A stretch of DNA of 64,000 nucleotides from Akkermansiaceae bacterium. GTDB taxonomy: Bacteria > Verrucomicrobiota > Verrucomicrobiia > Verrucomicrobiales > Akkermansiaceae. Both the position numbers and the translations under genes were made by a program. The DNA is taken from contig JBGCEU010000024.1 of assembly GCA_045106535.1 (NCBI GenBank), forward strand, positions 1,438-65,437, written 5' to 3'. Shown here piece by piece: positions 54,199 through 64,000 of this stretch (position 1 is the first letter of the stretch; each line of letters begins with the position of its first letter). The notes under the pieces were generated by a model. The model saw only the letters and a list, made by a program, of their open reading frames with translations. It was not told the DNA's origin and searched no databases.

Positions 54199-55623
54199 AT
54201 GCAACCGCATTACATCGAATTTATCACCGTTGGCTTTGGCATCGTTCTGCTAATGCTGGAGGCATTTACAAACGGCAACAAAGCCCGTCTGGGACTCATT
54301 GCCTCTGCTGGTTTGGCAGTGATTCTCGTCCTAGAGCTAACAGCTTGCACCAGTTGCACTGCACCTGCATGGATGGAAAGATTCTATACCTACGATTCTC
54401 CTGCTAGGTATTTCAAGATCATCGCACTGGTCGCCACCATTCTCGTGCTGCTCATGGCTGTGGATATGAAAAAAGTTCTGTCGCGCTACACATCGGGCGA
54501 CGACACAGGCTCCGCACTCGGTGAGTTTTTCTGTCTACCTATCTTTGCGTGTGCTGGTCTCATGTGGATGGCATCCGCCCGCGACCTGGTCTCTATTTTT
54601 GTCGCACTTGAACTGGTAACAATCGCATTCTACGTGATGGTGGCATACATGCGTAGAAACGTCGGCTCTCTTGAAGCCGGCGTAAAATACCTCATCTTGG
54701 GTGCGCTATCTACAGGCTTCTTGGTGTATGGTATCGCATGGGTTTACGGAGCTACCGGAACCATGCAACTTTCCGCTATCGATCTGAGCAGCCCGGAGCT
54801 TAATCAGTCGACCTTGCTGTTTGGTCTCGCCCTCTTACTTATCGCATTCGGCTTCAAAGTAGGTGCTGCACCCATGCAGCTATGGATTCCCGATGTTTAC
54901 CAAGGCGCACCTACTCCGATTACGGCATATCTTTCTGTTGCCTCTAAGGCTGCTGGATTCCTCATCATGATGGTGGTTTTAGCTCCATTCCTAACAGCAG
55001 AATCACCCGTAAAACCACAGCTACAGCTCGTCCTCTTCGTAATGGCTGGAGCCACATTAGTTTATGGTAATTTGGCGGCCATCGGGCAGCTCAACTTCAA
55101 ACGCCTACTCGCCTACTCATCCATCGCCCATGCCGGATTCCTACTCATGGGCGTGGGTTCAGTCGACTTCATCTCAGTTTCCTTTTACCTGGGCACTTAC
55201 TTGATCATGACCTTTGCGGCATTCTTTATCCTCGCGCTGGTTCGTGATCAGGAAAACAGCGACAGCATTGATGCCTTTGACGGCCTTGGAAAAAGGAACC
55301 CACTACTCGCAGCATGTCTAACTGTGGCGATGGCAGCGCTCGCAGGAATACCTCTGACTGCCGGATTCTGGGGTAAGTTTTTCATCTTTGAAGCCGCTAT
55401 CGATGCCGGTGCAAGCTGGTGGCTGCTCGCGGTAGCATTCATGAGTGTTGCCGCCGGATTTTACTATTACCTCAAGGTCGTCAAGGCGATGTATTGGAAT
55501 GCACCACGTGATGAGAAGCCATTGAATGTGCCTGTGATTACCAAATCGGTTCTTGCCGTGCTCACTATCGCGATCCTCGTCTTCGGTATCCTACCGAAGC
55601 CGATTCTGGACATGCTCAAGTAG
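54199..55623 (+). CDS. nuoN: NADH-quinone oxidoreductase subunit N
   Basis: EAGVKYLILGALS, FKVGAAPMQLWIPDVYQGAP, KRLLAYSSIAHAG, AGIPLTAGFWGK. Confidence 0.97.
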   Translation: MQPHYIEFITVGFGIVLLMLEAFTNGNKARLGLIASAGLAVILVLELTACTSCTAPAWMERFYTYDSPARYFKIIALVATILVLLMAVDMKKVLSRYTSGDDTGSALGEFFCLPIFACAGLMWMASARDLVSIFVALELVTIAFYVMVAYMRRNVGSLEAGVKYLILGALSTGFLVYGIAWVYGATGTMQLSAIDLSSPELNQSTLLFGLALLLIAFGFKVGAAPMQLWIPDVYQGAPTPITAYLSVASKAAGFLIMMVVLAPFLTAESPVKPQLQLVLFVMAGATLVYGNLAAIGQLNFKRLLAYSSIAHAGFLLMGVGSVDFISVSFYLGTYLIMTFAAFFILALVRDQENSDSIDAFDGLGKRNPLLAACLTVAMAALAGIPLTAGFWGKFFIFEAAIDAGASWWLLAVAFMSVAAGFYYYLKVVKAMYWNAPRDEKPLNVPVITKSVLAVLTIAILVFGILPKPILDMLK

Positions 55624-55641
55624 TTGATGTAGGTGTGGTGT

Positions 55642-55821
55642 ATGCCACAGTTCATCACCATCATCCTACTCTCTCTGCTGACGGGATTCATCGTCGGAGT
55701 GCTATTCACTGCACTCAAAATGCCATTACCCGCTCCTAACGCCTTGGCGGGAGTCATGGGCATTCTTGGTATTTATCTTGGCCATATTGCCTGGCCTCAC
55801 ATAACCAATATTTTTTCCTAA
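55642..55821 (+). CDS. xapX: XapX-domain (DUF1427) small membrane protein
   Basis: [12 protein letters not shown]...[21 protein letters not shown]. Confidence 0.8.
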   Translation: MPQFITIILLSLLTGFIVGVLFTALKMPLPAPNALAGVMGILGIYLGHIAWPHITNIFS

Positions 55822-55822
55822 C

Positions 55823-57136
55823 ATGCTGCCGCAGGAAATCATCCGCAAAAAACGCGATGACGAGCCGCTGAGTGCGGAAGAGTTGCAATTTTTTGCCCAG
55901 GGAATTGCTGATGAGTCGATCAGCGAGGGGCAGATCGCTGCCTTGGGCATGGCTGTCTATTTCCAAGGCATGACTCCTGACGAAGCCGCAGCCCTCACAC
56001 TCGCGATGCGCGACACGGGTGATGTGCTCGACTGGCAACAAGAGAACTTTTCCGGGCCGATCATCGACAAGCATTCCACTGGCGGCGTTGGTGATGGAGT
56101 TTCCCTGATGCTCGGCCCGCTGCTCGCCGCATGTGGAGGTTACGTGCCAATGATTTCCGGTCGAGGACTAGGACATACCGGCGGCACTCTCGACAAACTG
56201 GATGCCATACCGGGATACAATTCCACACCGGATAACGAGCTTTTCCGCAAAACCGTTCGCGACTGTGGAATTGCTATCATCGGACAGACCGGCAACCTCG
56301 CGCCAGCCGACAAACGCTTCTACGCGACGCGCGACATCACTGCGACAGTTGAATCCATCCCACTGATCACAGCATCAATTCTCTCGAAAAAATTCGCCGC
56401 AGGGCTCGACTGCCTATGCATGGACGTAAAAACAGGCAGTGGTGCCTTCATGCCAACCCATGAGGACTCGGTGGCGCTCGCGCAAAGTATTGTCGATATC
56501 GGAAATGCAGCAGGCGTAAAAACAAGTGCGCTAATCACCGACATGAACCAGCCACTCGGGTCATCGGCTGGCAACGCTGTCGAAGTGCGTGAGGCGATTG
56601 ATTTTCTGACCAACGAATCGCAGAACCCACGTCTGCTACAAGTGGTGTTTTCCCTCTGCACAGAGCTGATTCTCCTCGGCGAGCTTGCCGAAAACCCAGC
56701 TGATGCGGCCGCAATGTTAGAAAACGTCTTAGCTAGCGGCAAAGCAGTGGAGCACTTTGAAAAAATGGTTCACTCTCTCGGCGGCCCAGTTGACTTGATT
56801 GAGAAACCTGATGCATACTTAGCCAAAGCAAGTGTAGTGCGGCCGGTTATACTGGATCAGACAGGATACGTGTCATCCATCGACACTCGAAAACTTGGCA
56901 TGGCAGTCGTTGAACTCGGTGGTGGCAGAATGCGTGCCGAAGACAGCATTGACCCAGCTGTAGGACTCAGTGATTTCCTGCCTATTGGAGCTCGAACTGA
57001 AGAACCACTGGCTGTGATCCATGCTCAAACAGAGTCCGATTGGGAACACGCTGCAAAATCAGTTCGTGACGCCTACAGCGTTTCGGATAAAGCACCGGAT
57101 CCGCTACCCGTTATTCACCAGACTATCTCAAATTAA
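55823..57136 (+). CDS. deoA: Thymidine phosphorylase
   Basis: [54 protein letters not shown]. Confidence 0.95.
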   Translation: MLPQEIIRKKRDDEPLSAEELQFFAQGIADESISEGQIAALGMAVYFQGMTPDEAAALTLAMRDTGDVLDWQQENFSGPIIDKHSTGGVGDGVSLMLGPLLAACGGYVPMISGRGLGHTGGTLDKLDAIPGYNSTPDNELFRKTVRDCGIAIIGQTGNLAPADKRFYATRDITATVESIPLITASILSKKFAAGLDCLCMDVKTGSGAFMPTHEDSVALAQSIVDIGNAAGVKTSALITDMNQPLGSSAGNAVEVREAIDFLTNESQNPRLLQVVFSLCTELILLGELAENPADAAAMLENVLASGKAVEHFEKMVHSLGGPVDLIEKPDAYLAKASVVRPVILDQTGYVSSIDTRKLGMAVVELGGGRMRAEDSIDPAVGLSDFLPIGARTEEPLAVIHAQTESDWEHAAKSVRDAYSVSDKAPDPLPVIHQTISN

Positions 57137-57140
57137 ATCC

Positions 57141-58358
57141 ATGGCAATTCAACGCGTCATCTGGCTCGTCCTCGATTCCTTGGGCATAGGAACCGCTGAG
57201 GATTCTGAAAAATTTGGCGATGCTGGCGCGGACACGCTTGGACACATTGCCGATCACTTTCTGGCGGAAGGAAAACCCCTCCAGCTTCCGAATTTGGCAT
57301 CTCTCGGCCTACTCCATGCTTACCGCACCAGCACTGGGAACTTCCCTGCTGGGACAGAAGCTCCAAAATCCTTGTTAGGAAACCACGCTTGCGCCAAGGA
57401 AATATCCTCCGGTAAAGACACACCAAGCGGGCACTGGGAAATGGCAGGTGTCCCGGCATTGTGGGACTGGGGCTATTTCCACGCAAAAAAGGATTCCTTC
57501 CCACAACAGATCCTTGATGAAATTGTGAATCGCTCAGGCATCCCGGGGTATCTTGGAAACTGCCATGCGTCGGGAACGGATATCATCAGTCGCTTTGGAG
57601 AAGAACACATGCGCACAGGCAAGCCGATCTTCTACACCTCAGCCGACAGCGTGTTCCAGATCGCGTGCCACGAGGAATCCTTTGGTCTGGAAAATCTCTA
57701 CCAGCTTTGCGAACTCTGCCGCGAAATCCTCAAGCCACTGAATATCGGCCGGGTGATTGCGCGACCATTCCTCAGCACCTCATCCGAGGATTTTCAACGC
57801 ACCGGAAACCGCCACGACTACGCACTTGAGCCACCCAGCGAAACTGTGCTGCAAAAACTCGTCGACACCGGCGGCACTGTCATCGGCCTGGGAAAAATCG
57901 GCGACATTTTCGCGCACACCGGCATGACTGAGGAAGTCCGCGCCTCGGGACACGAAGCATTATGGAAGGAAACGCTCGCCGCCATGGAACGAGCTGAAGA
58001 GAGAAGCATTGTAATGACGAACTTTGTCGATTTTGACGCAGTTTACGGTCACCGCCGCGATCCACTGGGCTACGGTGAAGCACTGGAAGAATTTGATCGC
58101 CAACTACGCGTGTTGTTTGAAAAAATGCGAGCCGACGACCTGCTTATTATCACCGCCGACCACGGTAACGATCCCACCTGGCGAGGAACCGACCACACCC
58201 GCGAACACGTCCCGATTTTACTTTATCAGAAAAACACAATCTCCTCAGACTTGGGCTTCCGCGACACCTTCGCCGACATCGCTCAGACTGTCTCCCTCAT
58301 CTTCAACCTCTCCCCCTTCGAACACGGCGCTGTTCTTGATCTGAATACTCAAAACTAA
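57141..58358 (+). CDS. deoB: Phosphopentomutase
   Basis: [56 protein letters not shown]. Confidence 0.96.
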   Translation: MAIQRVIWLVLDSLGIGTAEDSEKFGDAGADTLGHIADHFLAEGKPLQLPNLASLGLLHAYRTSTGNFPAGTEAPKSLLGNHACAKEISSGKDTPSGHWEMAGVPALWDWGYFHAKKDSFPQQILDEIVNRSGIPGYLGNCHASGTDIISRFGEEHMRTGKPIFYTSADSVFQIACHEESFGLENLYQLCELCREILKPLNIGRVIARPFLSTSSEDFQRTGNRHDYALEPPSETVLQKLVDTGGTVIGLGKIGDIFAHTGMTEEVRASGHEALWKETLAAMERAEERSIVMTNFVDFDAVYGHRRDPLGYGEALEEFDRQLRVLFEKMRADDLLIITADHGNDPTWRGTDHTREHVPILLYQKNTISSDLGFRDTFADIAQTVSLIFNLSPFEHGAVLDLNTQN

Positions 58359-58369
58359 CAAACTCAACC

Positions 58370-59098
58370 ATGACACCTCACATCGAAGCTAAATCCGGCG
58401 ACTTCGCCCCGACCTGCCTACTACCCGGCGACCCTCTGCGCGCCGAGCACATCGCCAAGACGTTCTTATCCGATGTTAGGAAAATCAACACCGTGCGTAA
58501 CATGTTCGCATACACGGGTGATTTCCAAGGCACACCTGTCTCCGTCATGGGCAGTGGCATGGGTATCCCGTCGATTTCGATTTACGCCAAAGAACTGATT
58601 ACTGAGTATGGCGTAAAAAATTTGATCCGCGTTGGCAGTTGTGGTGCTGTTAGTAAAAATGTCAAAGTGCGCGATGTCTTGATCGGCATGGGTGCTTGCA
58701 CCGATTCCTCAGTCAACCGGCAACGATTCCAGGGTCACGACTACGCGGCCATTGCCAGCTATCCCCTGCTAAAAGCACTCAATGACGCCGCCGAGGCCTT
58801 AAACATCCCCGTCACGAACGGCAACATGTTTTCCGCCGACCTCTTCTACACGCCCAATCCGTCGATGTTCGATACGATGGAAAAAATGGACATCCTTGGG
58901 ATCGAAATGGAAGCGGCCGGGCTCTATGGCATTGCCACAGAATACGGAGCCAACGCCGCAGCGATCTGCACGGTGTCCGACCACATCCGCACTGGCGAAG
59001 CGACCACTTCTGAAGAGCGCCAAACAAGCTTTGAAGATATGATGCAAATCGCCCTAGAAGCCGTGCGCCTGATTGACCCTCCCACCACCCTCGCCTGA
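58370..59098 (+). CDS. deoD: Purine nucleoside phosphorylase (DeoD type)
   Basis: [49 protein letters not shown]. Confidence 0.96.
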   Translation: MTPHIEAKSGDFAPTCLLPGDPLRAEHIAKTFLSDVRKINTVRNMFAYTGDFQGTPVSVMGSGMGIPSISIYAKELITEYGVKNLIRVGSCGAVSKNVKVRDVLIGMGACTDSSVNRQRFQGHDYAAIASYPLLKALNDAAEALNIPVTNGNMFSADLFYTPNPSMFDTMEKMDILGIEMEAAGLYGIATEYGANAAAICTVSDHIRTGEATTSEERQTSFEDMMQIALEAVRLIDPPTTLA

Positions 59099-59487
59099 TG
59101 AAACCGGAAGACCTTCTCCAACTTGCCGCAGCCGCTCGAAAAAATGCCTACGCTCCCTACTCGAATTTTTGTGTAGGAGCAGCGCTACTCGCGGAAAACG
59201 GAGAAACATACACTGGCTGCAATGTTGAGAATGCTTCTTACGGACTGACCAATTGCGCCGAGCGCACGGCAGTCTTCAAAGCTGTGTCTGAGGGGGCTGA
59301 AAAATTCATGGCCATTGCCATCGCACTGCCAGATGGTGGCTCACCATGCGGTGCTTGCCGACAGGTATTGAACGAGTTCAACCCAGCGATTAGCATCTAT
59401 ATCGGCGATGAAAATGGTCAACTTCTCCTAGAAACCGATATCCAAACGCTATTACCCAGAGCGTTTGGGCCAGAAAACGTCCGATAA
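59098..59487 (+). CDS. cdd: Cytidine deaminase (homotetrameric type)
   Basis: AYAPYSNFCVGAA, GCNVENASYGLTNCAERTA, SPCGACRQVL. Confidence 0.95.
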   Translation: MKPEDLLQLAAAARKNAYAPYSNFCVGAALLAENGETYTGCNVENASYGLTNCAERTAVFKAVSEGAEKFMAIAIALPDGGSPCGACRQVLNEFNPAISIYIGDENGQLLLETDIQTLLPRAFGPENVR

Positions 59488-59553
59488 CAGGTAACTATTG
59501 CCTTTCACGAAGGCCGAATTTCCCTTATCCCCGTGCAGCGAATCACGATTCTC

Positions 59554-60306
59554 ATGCGCGTATTTTTCATACTTTTCAAAAAAGAATTTAAACAATTTTT
59601 CCTAACCCCCTTCGGTTGGGTGATCTTGGCACTGGTTCTACTCATGCAGGGTTTTTCCATGTCACACGCCATGGAGCTCATGAAGGATAAGCCCCTGACT
59701 GAGAACTTTATTTTTGTTTCTCTTCATTCGCCTAATTTTTGGTTTTATTTTCTGTTTACATTCCCCCTATTGACCATGCGTTTATTTGCTGAGGAGGAAA
59801 AGGCGGGCACTCTCGAAACCCTGATGACCGCCCCGGTAACAACTGCCCAAGTAGTGATCTCCAAGTATTTTGCGTCACTCTGCTTTTATGCGATATTGTG
59901 GCTTCCGATACTGTTATATTTAAAAATATTTACCTGGGTCACAGGTAGTTCTGCTCCTTATGAATCAGGTCACCTGCTCGGCACATATATCATGCTTCTG
60001 TTGATAGGTTCATTCTTCCTTGCTATCGGCTGCCTGGCATCGACTCTAACTTCTAGCCAAATCGTTGCTGGCATTATTACGATTGCAGCTCTTGTAATGC
60101 ACTTTTTCCTAGGTGTAATACCGTATTATCTTGGTGAAGGCTTTAAAGCTGTTTCAGCGTTTCACTACGTTTCCATTCAGGAACATCTCGCTAATGCCGC
60201 ACGTGGACTTCTTGACACACGACCCGTGGTTTACCATCTGAGCATGGCCGCCTTTTTTCTTTTCCTTACCCATATCACTCTTGATTTCCGGCGCTGGAAA
60301 TCCTGA
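59554..60306 (+). CDS. ABC-2 type transporter permease (GldF-like)
   Basis: IFKKEFKQFFLTP.GW-like start, PLLTMRLFAEEEKAGTLETLMTAPV, SKYF. Confidence 0.9.
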   Translation: MRVFFILFKKEFKQFFLTPFGWVILALVLLMQGFSMSHAMELMKDKPLTENFIFVSLHSPNFWFYFLFTFPLLTMRLFAEEEKAGTLETLMTAPVTTAQVVISKYFASLCFYAILWLPILLYLKIFTWVTGSSAPYESGHLLGTYIMLLLIGSFFLAIGCLASTLTSSQIVAGIITIAALVMHFFLGVIPYYLGEGFKAVSAFHYVSIQEHLANAARGLLDTRPVVYHLSMAAFFLFLTHITLDFRRWKS

Positions 60307-60338
60307 CTTTCACACTTTTATCGACCTTTTCCTCAAAC

Positions 60339-61937
60339 ATGCCTGAAAAAGAACCATCAACGGAGTCCCCTCCACGACCAGTGAGTCGCGTAGGCAGGAG
60401 TATCAATGTAGTCATTCAGGTGACTTGCTTTGTCGTTGTTGTGATAGCCGCAAATTACCTTAGCTGTGCGCGTCACGAGCGTTTTGATTTGACCGAACGC
60501 AAAAACTTCACGTTATCAAACACCACGGAACAATATTTAAAAAGCGATGCGCTACAGTCGCGAGAGGCTCCCCTTAAAGTGCTAGCTATCATGCGGCGAA
60601 GCTCTCCGCACTTCACGCGAATTTTCAACCTTCTCGAAGAATATAAGCGCATAGGTGGTGATAAAATCGAACTGGAAGTTATCGATCCAATTTTACAAAC
60701 TGATAGAACACTTGAAATTGAGAACATCTATAAACAGCCATATACCGAGGACATGCTGATCGTCGATGGCCGTAAGATTGAATCCAGCCCAGCCACGACC
60801 GGAGATACTCCACCATCATCTGAAAAGACAAATCCACCCCCAACTGAGACAACCGCTGAAAACCCGGGCACAAATAACCAACAGGAACTCTCAGCGCACG
60901 TACGGGCACAACGAATTTCGAATCTATATTTACAAGACAATCGTGGAAATATCACAGCTTGGCAAGACGAAGACATTATCACGTCTTCAATTATTGGCGC
61001 AATCGAAGGAATCCCCCGCCGGATTTATTTCGCAGCTGACAAAGTGAATCTCGAAGCCGACAAAGGGGGCGATCCCGCTTGGCAAAACCTCGCTGGTCTA
61101 CTCTGGCAACAGAATATCCTGCTCACTCCGCTGCGGCTGGCTGAAACATCCAGTATCCCAGAAGACGCCGAAGGATTTGCGCTCATCGGCCCCCAATACG
61201 ATCTTAACGAGAAGGAAATCAAAGTGTTGTCAGAATACTGGGATAGACAAAAATCTTCGCTACTTATCACACTAGATCCTAGTACTGAACTTCCTAATCT
61301 GAAAATATTTCTCCGAAGCTACGGAATTACACCTCGCAAGGACCGGATCATGACCGTTCAGAACGGAGAAGTGCTTTCCAACGTGAGTGCTGTATTTTCC
61401 CGAGGTTCAGAAATAACAGAATCATTGGGCGGAAAATCAACCGTCTTTGATGGCTCAACATCGAGCTTAGAAGTCGATGAAAATAACGACTCCCTAATCA
61501 ACCGGCGTATAAGACCTCTTTCCCTGATTCAATCCGTTTCCGGATGGTGGGGAGAAACTCGTTTCGATCAGAAGGAAATCAAGTTTAACGAAGAGGAAGA
61601 TGAAGCAACTCCGCTTCACTTAGCAGCGGCGGTACTCAGGGGCAAAGCGACATCAGATGAAACAGCCGACCTCGTATCTAAGATGGTTGTCATAGCCAAC
61701 ACCGATTTTCTAGCCACGAAAAAAACAAGGTCGGAGCAATCGGATTTCATTAAATCCAGTGTTAACTGGCTCGTAGGGCGCGAAAATCTCATAGGTATCG
61801 GCCCTCAGAAACTTCATCGCCACAAAATCACGCTGCTCGACTCGCATGATTCATTTATTCGCCAGCTGATTCTAATATATCTCCCCTTGGCAAGTCTCCT
61901 AACAGCGATGATCATATGGAACGTGCGTCGTAGTTAA
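60339..61937 (+). CDS. GldG-family ABC-associated protein
   Basis: RFDLTERKNFTLS, LLEEY...IELEVIDP, GPQYDL, MVVIANTDFL, NWLVGRE and a C-terminal transmembrane segment. Confidence 0.85.
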   Translation: MPEKEPSTESPPRPVSRVGRSINVVIQVTCFVVVVIAANYLSCARHERFDLTERKNFTLSNTTEQYLKSDALQSREAPLKVLAIMRRSSPHFTRIFNLLEEYKRIGGDKIELEVIDPILQTDRTLEIENIYKQPYTEDMLIVDGRKIESSPATTGDTPPSSEKTNPPPTETTAENPGTNNQQELSAHVRAQRISNLYLQDNRGNITAWQDEDIITSSIIGAIEGIPRRIYFAADKVNLEADKGGDPAWQNLAGLLWQQNILLTPLRLAETSSIPEDAEGFALIGPQYDLNEKEIKVLSEYWDRQKSSLLITLDPSTELPNLKIFLRSYGITPRKDRIMTVQNGEVLSNVSAVFSRGSEITESLGGKSTVFDGSTSSLEVDENNDSLINRRIRPLSLIQSVSGWWGETRFDQKEIKFNEEEDEATPLHLAAAVLRGKATSDETADLVSKMVVIANTDFLATKKTRSEQSDFIKSSVNWLVGRENLIGIGPQKLHRHKITLLDSHDSFIRQLILIYLPLASLLTAMIIWNVRRS

Positions 61938-61973
61938 AAAATTCGGCACAGTCACCAGTATCATCTCTTAACC

Positions 61974-63902
61974 ATGCGATTATCTTCCACAATTACCCTC
62001 ATCGTTCTGGCCGTCTTGCTGGGCGGCCTGGCGGTTGTTCACACTGGAGAAAAATATCGCGATAAGATTTTTGGGTCACCTGCCATTGGTAAAGGAGAAA
62101 AACTGCTCGAGATCAAAGATCTAGATAGGACTAGAACAATTCTACTATCGAACACCAACGGCACTAGCCTGAGGATCAGAGAAAAGGGTAATATTTGGGC
62201 GATTACAGAGCCATGGGAAGATGACAGAGCTGACCCTCTGTATATTAGGACGCTGTTCCAATTTACTGCCAGCTTAACAGTTCAAGATGTTATTGATCGA
62301 GACGACCTAGAGCTAAAAGACTTCGGGCTTAGGAAAGGTCATATTCGTGTTACCATGCTCGACAGCAAATCTGACGAAGTGTGTGATATAATCATCGGTC
62401 GCCAAACAGCATGGAAAATCCCTGCTGATGATGGCAAAACCTCAGAACCAACTATTTTCATTCGATTTGCCGATAAAAACAAAAAAGACAAAATCTACAT
62501 CTGCACGTCCAACAGCACATCTGCAATCCACTCACTATTTGCTGATGACTTTGCCCGGTTCAGAGACCACCATCCCCTCTATTTCAGCCATAAATATTTA
62601 GATAAAATTCGAATTCAAAACGAGGAGACTGAAATCATTATGTCACGTCCAAGCGTTAAGGCTGGATGGATGATTACCAAGCCCAACCTTCTGCGTGTCG
62701 ACCCTGAAGCCAAAATTCTTTTATTCAACAACCTGGCTCAACTTACTGCCCTCAAGGTAGAAGACAGAGCAAGCGTTACCCTGCCGACGGCTACAGACGA
62801 TGTTAATCAAGCACAGGAGATCTCAATTCATTTTGCGGATCAACCAGATGACATAACATTACGAATCTATCCGCCGGCTACTGATGATTCCAATGTCGCG
62901 CTCGCTACGGTTAGTGATCGCCCCAATACGGTTTTTCATCTTCCACTTGTCAAATCAGTTGCAGCTTCGGGCACAACCACGCTGAGTTTTCTACAGACAG
63001 GGGTGAATGAACTTCGCTCCAAAACAATGACCCATTTGAATGGTAGGCAACTGAAGACAATTATTATTCGTCCAGGTGGCCTTCAAGATATCTTACTGCA
63101 ACGCACTAGACAAAGCGAATGGAGAATACTTGGCTCAGACGGCTGGCGACCAGCAAATACGGATACTCTAATTCGACTGGTCACTGCAGTGACACAGGAC
63201 AAAATTCTAAAATTTGTCACTGATGCCGCTACAGAACTGACTCCATATGGCCTCAGCCGACCTATGTTATTGCTGGGGTTCAATAGCTTCAATGGCGGAG
63301 GCATTCGGATGGCAATGGGGCGGGGCCCCAAGGATGGGAAATTATATGCACGCATACTTGGACGCCCAAACATATGGGAGATTAGTAGTGAAACATTTGG
63401 TAAAATAGCACTCTACCCATGGCAGTGGCGAACCTCTCATGTTTGGCACGTTCCAGAGATCGATATCAATAAAATTGTCATCGAGCGAAAAGGAAAGCCA
63501 CAGGTAGAACTCACATACAACCACTTTGCAGATAAGTGGGCTGCTCAAATTGACAACAAAGACAGCACATCATCTCTGAATCCGAACAGAGCAAAATTCT
63601 TCCTAAAGCAGATCACTTCGCTTGAAGCTAGTCGCTGGATTGGCCCCCAGCATCCTAATGCCATGAAAGCTCTCGAAAAACCTAACACTATCGTCAAAAT
63701 CTATGTTAAACGATTTAACGACGAGGGCATGGAAATCGAACCTGCAGTAAAGACTTTGAAAATCGCACACACTGCAGGGGGCTTAATCTATTTTGCAAAA
63801 GTTGGGACTACACCCGCTGGGAAAAATGCGGATCATGAGGCAAGTTATTTCAACCTTTCCCCTGAACTAATATCGAAACTCTACGTCGACTTATTTGAAT
63901 AA
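61974..63902 (+). CDS. DUF4340-domain protein
   Basis: N-terminal anchor and repeated W.I..P....AD / L..(F/Y)GL..P units; typical position after GldG. Confidence 0.8.
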   Translation: MRLSSTITLIVLAVLLGGLAVVHTGEKYRDKIFGSPAIGKGEKLLEIKDLDRTRTILLSNTNGTSLRIREKGNIWAITEPWEDDRADPLYIRTLFQFTASLTVQDVIDRDDLELKDFGLRKGHIRVTMLDSKSDEVCDIIIGRQTAWKIPADDGKTSEPTIFIRFADKNKKDKIYICTSNSTSAIHSLFADDFARFRDHHPLYFSHKYLDKIRIQNEETEIIMSRPSVKAGWMITKPNLLRVDPEAKILLFNNLAQLTALKVEDRASVTLPTATDDVNQAQEISIHFADQPDDITLRIYPPATDDSNVALATVSDRPNTVFHLPLVKSVAASGTTTLSFLQTGVNELRSKTMTHLNGRQLKTIIIRPGGLQDILLQRTRQSEWRILGSDGWRPANTDTLIRLVTAVTQDKILKFVTDAATELTPYGLSRPMLLLGFNSFNGGGIRMAMGRGPKDGKLYARILGRPNIWEISSETFGKIALYPWQWRTSHVWHVPEIDINKIVIERKGKPQVELTYNHFADKWAAQIDNKDSTSSLNPNRAKFFLKQITSLEASRWIGPQHPNAMKALEKPNTIVKIYVKRFNDEGMEIEPAVKTLKIAHTAGGLIYFAKVGTTPAGKNADHEASYFNLSPELISKLYVDLFE

Positions 63903-64000
63903 GTTTGATTCTTATCTCCTCAGCGATGCCTCTATTTGACCCTTCATCTATCCGTGCAGATTTCCCGATTCTTAATCAGGAGATTAACGGAGCACCGCTT

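Noticed and set aside
42330-59121. Long antisense ORFs over nuo and deo genes (for example 43113-43733, 47009-47656, 56320-56742)
   Set aside because: Expected shadows of GC-rich codon-biased genes; no motifs.
1-64000. CRISPR arrays, tRNA, rRNA, integrases or IS transposases
   Set aside because: I recognised no regularly spaced repeat-spacer array, tRNA cloverleaf with T-loop/CCA signature, rRNA-like stretch or transposase motif.

Overview
Bacterial chromosome window, most likely Verrucomicrobiota (PEP-CTERM protein, Rhodopirellula/Verrucomicrobium-type ECF sigma with FecR partner, nuoD-first complex I cluster). It is mostly housekeeping: hemH, hemY, acpH, ftsY, purD, ppiD-like, metG, gltX, aroE, metF, nuoD-N, xapX-deoA-deoB-deoD-cdd and a GldF/GldG/DUF4340 module. 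I saw no rRNA, tRNA or CRISPR array. The best unexplained signals are as follows. (1) Three intergenic non-coding units (about 19710-19852 minus, 23181-23380 plus, 23496-23652 plus) share an identically spaced ECF-type promoter TTTGAAC-N16-GGTCTATG, a 5' hairpin, a GGGTGAA core and an intrinsic terminator. They look like a candidate ECF-dependent sRNA family, and an 11-nt complementary site lies in the translation-start region of a gene in this window. (2) An ECF sigma/FecR anti-sigma pair has a sensor domain homologous to the domain of the two secreted proteins transcribed divergently from it. (3) A GxxExxY gene inside the nuo operon is bracketed by a perfect 30-bp inverted repeat. (4) A perfect Rex/CRP-type palindrome lies upstream of nuoD. 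(5) NuoJ is fused to a helix-hairpin-helix-like domain. (6) A REP-like inverted doublet has covarying stems. All product calls come from motif recognition by eye, without database searches.
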